From assembly GCA_036867785.1 (NCBI GenBank), contig CP145414.1, positions 868,001 through 932,000 on the forward strand: a stretch of DNA of 64,000 bases. The letters run 5' to 3'. The notes under the pieces were generated by a model. The model was not told the DNA's origin. It ran no database searches and saw only the letters and a program-made list of their open reading frames with translations. Positions 60,783 to 64,000 of the stretch are shown piece after piece (position 1 is the stretch's first letter; each line of letters starts with the position of its first letter). Made by a program: the position numbers and the translations under genes. This DNA is from Plasmodiophora brassicae. Its lineage: Eukaryota.

Positions 60783-61967
60783 ATGGTGGTGGCTGTGCCG
60801 TTCTCCAGCGAGGCATACGATCGGGCGAAAGCGTCTCTGCACAGCTTGAGGAATCAGGCGGCAGTGCCAGATGCTGCCCCATCGCCGGATGATTCGCCTG
60901 TGGACGATGTGGACAAGGCGTTGCTGACGCTGCAGCGTGCGGTGATGGGTGAGCTCGATCGGTTCGGCGTACGATGGAGCGCTGGTGCCGCCGTACAGGC
61001 TGCCTTCGACGACGTCCGGTCGGCGGTGAATCGCCATGTCAGACGCGCCGACGCCGATAGACATAAGGCTGTCGAGACCGCCACCAAACTACAGGTTTGT
61101 CCCATCAGCCTACGAGCAGGTGGTGAATTAATCCTTGAGCAGGCGATTGTATCCCGTCATGAAGAGGACCATCAGCAACAGTTATCGGCCATGCGACAGG
61201 CTCAGGCGACGATGATCAACAAGGCCAAGGCGCAAGCCAGGGCAAATGTTAAACGAATTTGCCAGAAGGAGCGCTTGGAGGTAGGGAAGACGTGCTATAA
61301 GCGTACACGGCTTTGTAATCAGGCGACGTTTAGGTGGAGGAACACTTCCGTCAAGAATGGGAGCGTTGCAGAAAAGACGTGGAAGCGGAGGCGAACTCGC
61401 GCGCCATGGAATCGCTCGACGCATTGTCGAAGACGGTCCTAGCACAGATCGAGGGCGTTGAAGCATCGTACCAAGCGGCACTGCATCGTCATCTGGCTGA
61501 CAAGGCGTCGCTCATCGATCACCTGGAGACATCGATCAATGCCGGGAAGGATCTGCTAGACGATCGCCGTGCACTTTCCAGGATCGTCAATGAACTGGAA
61601 CAGCATCTCTTGCTGGCATGTGCAGAGCGCAGCCGAACGACGCCCGTCGTGTACCCGACAGGTGACGACAGCGCTGCAGCAATCGGTACTGTACAAGGAT
61701 CCACAGTGCAACACGCCTTCGCTGCATGAACACGTTTGTGCAGATGAGGTGCTAGGGCAGGAGGCGGAGCGCACGCGGGCACGTCTGAAACGAATCCGGG
61801 CCACGCACGCCGATGCCGTTCGACAGATCAGGATGGAGCACGAACGGGAACTGGGCGCCGTCGACATCCGCGTGCGCAAGCTGATCGCCGCCAAGGACGC
61901 CGACATTGCCGCTCTGCAACGCTCCCTCGACACGCTGACACGAGCGCTGACATCGGACGTCTCCTAA
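60783..61967 (+). CDS. Coiled-coil hypothetical protein, multi-exon
   Basis: Splicable ORFs 60573-61442, 61334-61729 and 61569-61967; ends IDIRVRKLIAAKDADIAALQRSL-type coiled coil. Confidence 0.6.
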
Positions 61968-62109
61968 TAGAACAGCTCTCAGACGTCGTCCACGTCTAAC
62001 GTATGAACCGCATGGTCAAGCGGGTTCACGGTCGTATTAGCCGGCAGTGGCCCGGGGCAACGTGCGCCTCGCGTTCATTCATTGGTGTAGGCGCGCGCGG
62101 GCGCTAATA

Positions 62110-62988
62110 ATGACGGTGGTCGACGTGATCCTGGCCGGGTGCTGGCGGTTCTACCTGTCGTACGGGAACGGACGGCAGTTGGCGTACATGGTGCCCGGCG
62201 GCGGCCTGGCCGCCCAGTACGACAACGAAGGCGCCTGGGTGCGTTCGTACGCCGACGTGACGGCGTTCTGGAGGCTGGCGCAGCGATACGGCAGGACCGA
62301 GGAGGCGCGCCCCTACATGGAGCACGCCCTGGAACGGTACCCTTCTGCCAGCCTGCAGAGTCGCGCCACACGCCTCTCCATGATCATGGCCTACCGCGGC
62401 ATGGACGCGCCCGATGCCGTTGCCCTGCGTCAGCATCTGCGGCCGGTGGCGCCCGGCATCTACGACGCGTGCGACCTGTCGTTCTCCAACCCGCAGATCG
62501 TCCTCGCGTTAGTCCAGGGTGGGGATCGCCAGGCGGCGCGGGAATTCGTGGCGTCAGCGAGGCGCTGGATCGCGCACCCGCTCAGACGTCATGGCGTGTT
62601 CGCTGCCAATTGGGTCGGGCGCGCGCTCACCGCCTGCCAGGAACTCGTGCCCGAGCTTCGGGAACCCGTTGCGAATCTAACGAGGGCGTATGTCCTCCCG
62701 GTCCTGATGTCCAGTCGCCGGGCCTCGCTCACAGCGGACGCCTGTGCGCTGACCGGCCTGCTGGCGGTTGCTGACGTGATCGCCGAGGACCGCGACCGCA
62801 TCCGCCAGTACGTTGCCGACCGGTTCGCGCTTATCGCGCGGCACCAACGCGACGACGGCGGGTTCCCGTACCACTACGACGGGACGTACGTCAGGACCGA
62901 TGTGACAACCCATGTCGTGGAGGTCGCGCTGGGCCTCGCCAGGCTCGCCAGTGAAAGTGCCCGCCCGCCCGAACCAGTAAACGGCTAG
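62110..62988 (+). CDS. Intronless all-alpha protein with a QW-like motif (possible (alpha/alpha) barrel)
   Basis: 292-aa ORF with GC3-rich codons; HQRDDGGFPY...VRTDVTTHV near the C-terminus. Confidence 0.65.
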   Translation: MTVVDVILAGCWRFYLSYGNGRQLAYMVPGGGLAAQYDNEGAWVRSYADVTAFWRLAQRYGRTEEARPYMEHALERYPSASLQSRATRLSMIMAYRGMDAPDAVALRQHLRPVAPGIYDACDLSFSNPQIVLALVQGGDRQAAREFVASARRWIAHPLRRHGVFAANWVGRALTACQELVPELREPVANLTRAYVLPVLMSSRRASLTADACALTGLLAVADVIAEDRDRIRQYVADRFALIARHQRDDGGFPYHYDGTYVRTDVTTHVVEVALGLARLASESARPPEPVNG

Positions 62989-63149
62989 GTGCACACGATC
63001 GTCGCCGGGACGAGCTCTGTCTGGCCTGCCAGTCTGGGCTCGGGACGGAACACGAGTGCGGTTCAGCTTCATCAGGAATGCCATGACGGCGGGCTGGTGT
63101 GACGCGTCCGACCGCGCTTCGCGTGCCTGGTTGGTCGTCACCTGCTGTG

Positions 63150-64000
63150 CTAGTGGCCCGCCGCGCTGCCTCGTTTGCTGTCTGTACGTGCTGGTTTGCT
63201 GCTGCTGGTCGCTGGGATGCTGTTGGCACCTGCTAGACCCGCGCTGACGGTGACCCGTTTCATGGGGGCGCCCGCCGTCGTGCCGGTCGTTGCCGATCGC
63301 GTGATGCACCCCGCCCACTTATCGGTGATCGATCGAGGGTGCACTAGGTTGATCGCGCCAAAGAGCGACATCACCGACGTCGCCAGGCACTGTATCCCGC
63401 GAACCAGCAGGGACGCCCATGGCGACACGAACTGTGTCGCCACGAACACGATATGGGCAACAAGGATGATCCAGCCGCAGGTCGCCCCGATGCGGTACCG
63501 CCAGGCGAATCGGACGCGTTTCGTCTTCTCCTCGGCGGGCAGGTTCAGCTTGGCCGCATTGCCCACCAGGCTCCTCGTGACGCCACGAACGCTGCACGTG
63601 TTCATTGCCGACAGGACAACGTTCGGGGCCATCAGCACCGCATGGGTGGCGACAACCCCCAACGGTATCGCGCCCATCGCCGCGAACACCATCGGTAGTA
63701 CCAGTGTGGGGATCGCGAATATCGCTGCCGACGACACCATCGCTTTGCGGGTCCTGATCTCGCGCCGCGACACGCTCGCGTTGGCGTTGGCGTTCGCCGC
63801 CAGTAGCGCCAGACCGCCTGTGATGCGGAACACGTACAGGTACCCGTACTCAGCGTACGTGAAGAAGAGCAACGCGGGCCACAGGACACCCTGGCCATGG
63901 GCGAGCGCAATGTTGCCGGCGTGGACGATGCCGGACACGTGCAGGAACAGCAGCCCAGACATCTGCAGGGCCTGCAGGAGCGGGACGCGCCTCAGGTGGC
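63150..64000 (-). CDS. Multi-pass (7TM GPCR-like) membrane protein, 5' truncated by the window edge
   Basis: Frame open to the window end; at least 5-6 hydrophobic helices followed by a Ser/Thr-rich tail. Confidence 0.6.
   Translation of the reverse strand, partial: HLRRVPLLQALQMSGLLFLHVSGIVHAGNIALAHGQGVLWPALLFFTYAEYGYLYVFRITGGLALLAANANANASVSRREIRTRKAMVSSAAIFAIPTLVLPMVFAAMGAIPLGVVATHAVLMAPNVVLSAMNTCSVRGVTRSLVGNAAKLNLPAEEKTKRVRFAWRYRIGATCGWIILVAHIVFVATQFVSPWASLLVRGIQCLATSVMSLFGAINLVHPRSITDKWAGCITRSATTGTTAGAPMKRVTVSAGLAGANSIPATSSSKPARTDSKRGSAAGH

Overview
Gene-dense eukaryotic nuclear DNA with many short (about 40-70 nt) GT-AG and some GC-AG introns and moderately high GC. The gene content (secreted ankyrin proteins, a 7TM protein, a Crh-type GH16) best fits a phytomyxid protist such as Plasmodiophora brassicae; this is an inference, not a database result. 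Housekeeping genes: TCF25/Rqc1, IKS1-type kinase, glucosamine-6-P deaminase, Prx5-type peroxiredoxin, GnTI/MGAT1, a TLC protein, RPL32, UBA1 and BUD32. Also present: two identical tRNA-Leu(AAG) genes, a decayed two-gene PIF/Harbinger element, a 638-bp non-autonomous hAT-like element with TIRs and an 8-bp TSD, an 18-repeat heptatricopeptide (37-aa) protein, a STELLO-like glycosyltransferase, a SARAF-like membrane protein, a phosphonatase (PhnX), a ~10-kb Cys-repeat single-pass receptor-like gene and several intronless secreted candidate effectors. Leading candidates for new biology: a pair of secreted disordered paralogs that conserve only short linear motifs, a ~215-bp inverted duplication (possible hairpin RNA) nested between duplicated promoter segments, a peroxiredoxin first intron that would encode a mitochondrial presequence if retained, and the HPR protein. 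Exon boundaries were inferred by eye; CDS coordinates are start-to-stop spans that include introns.
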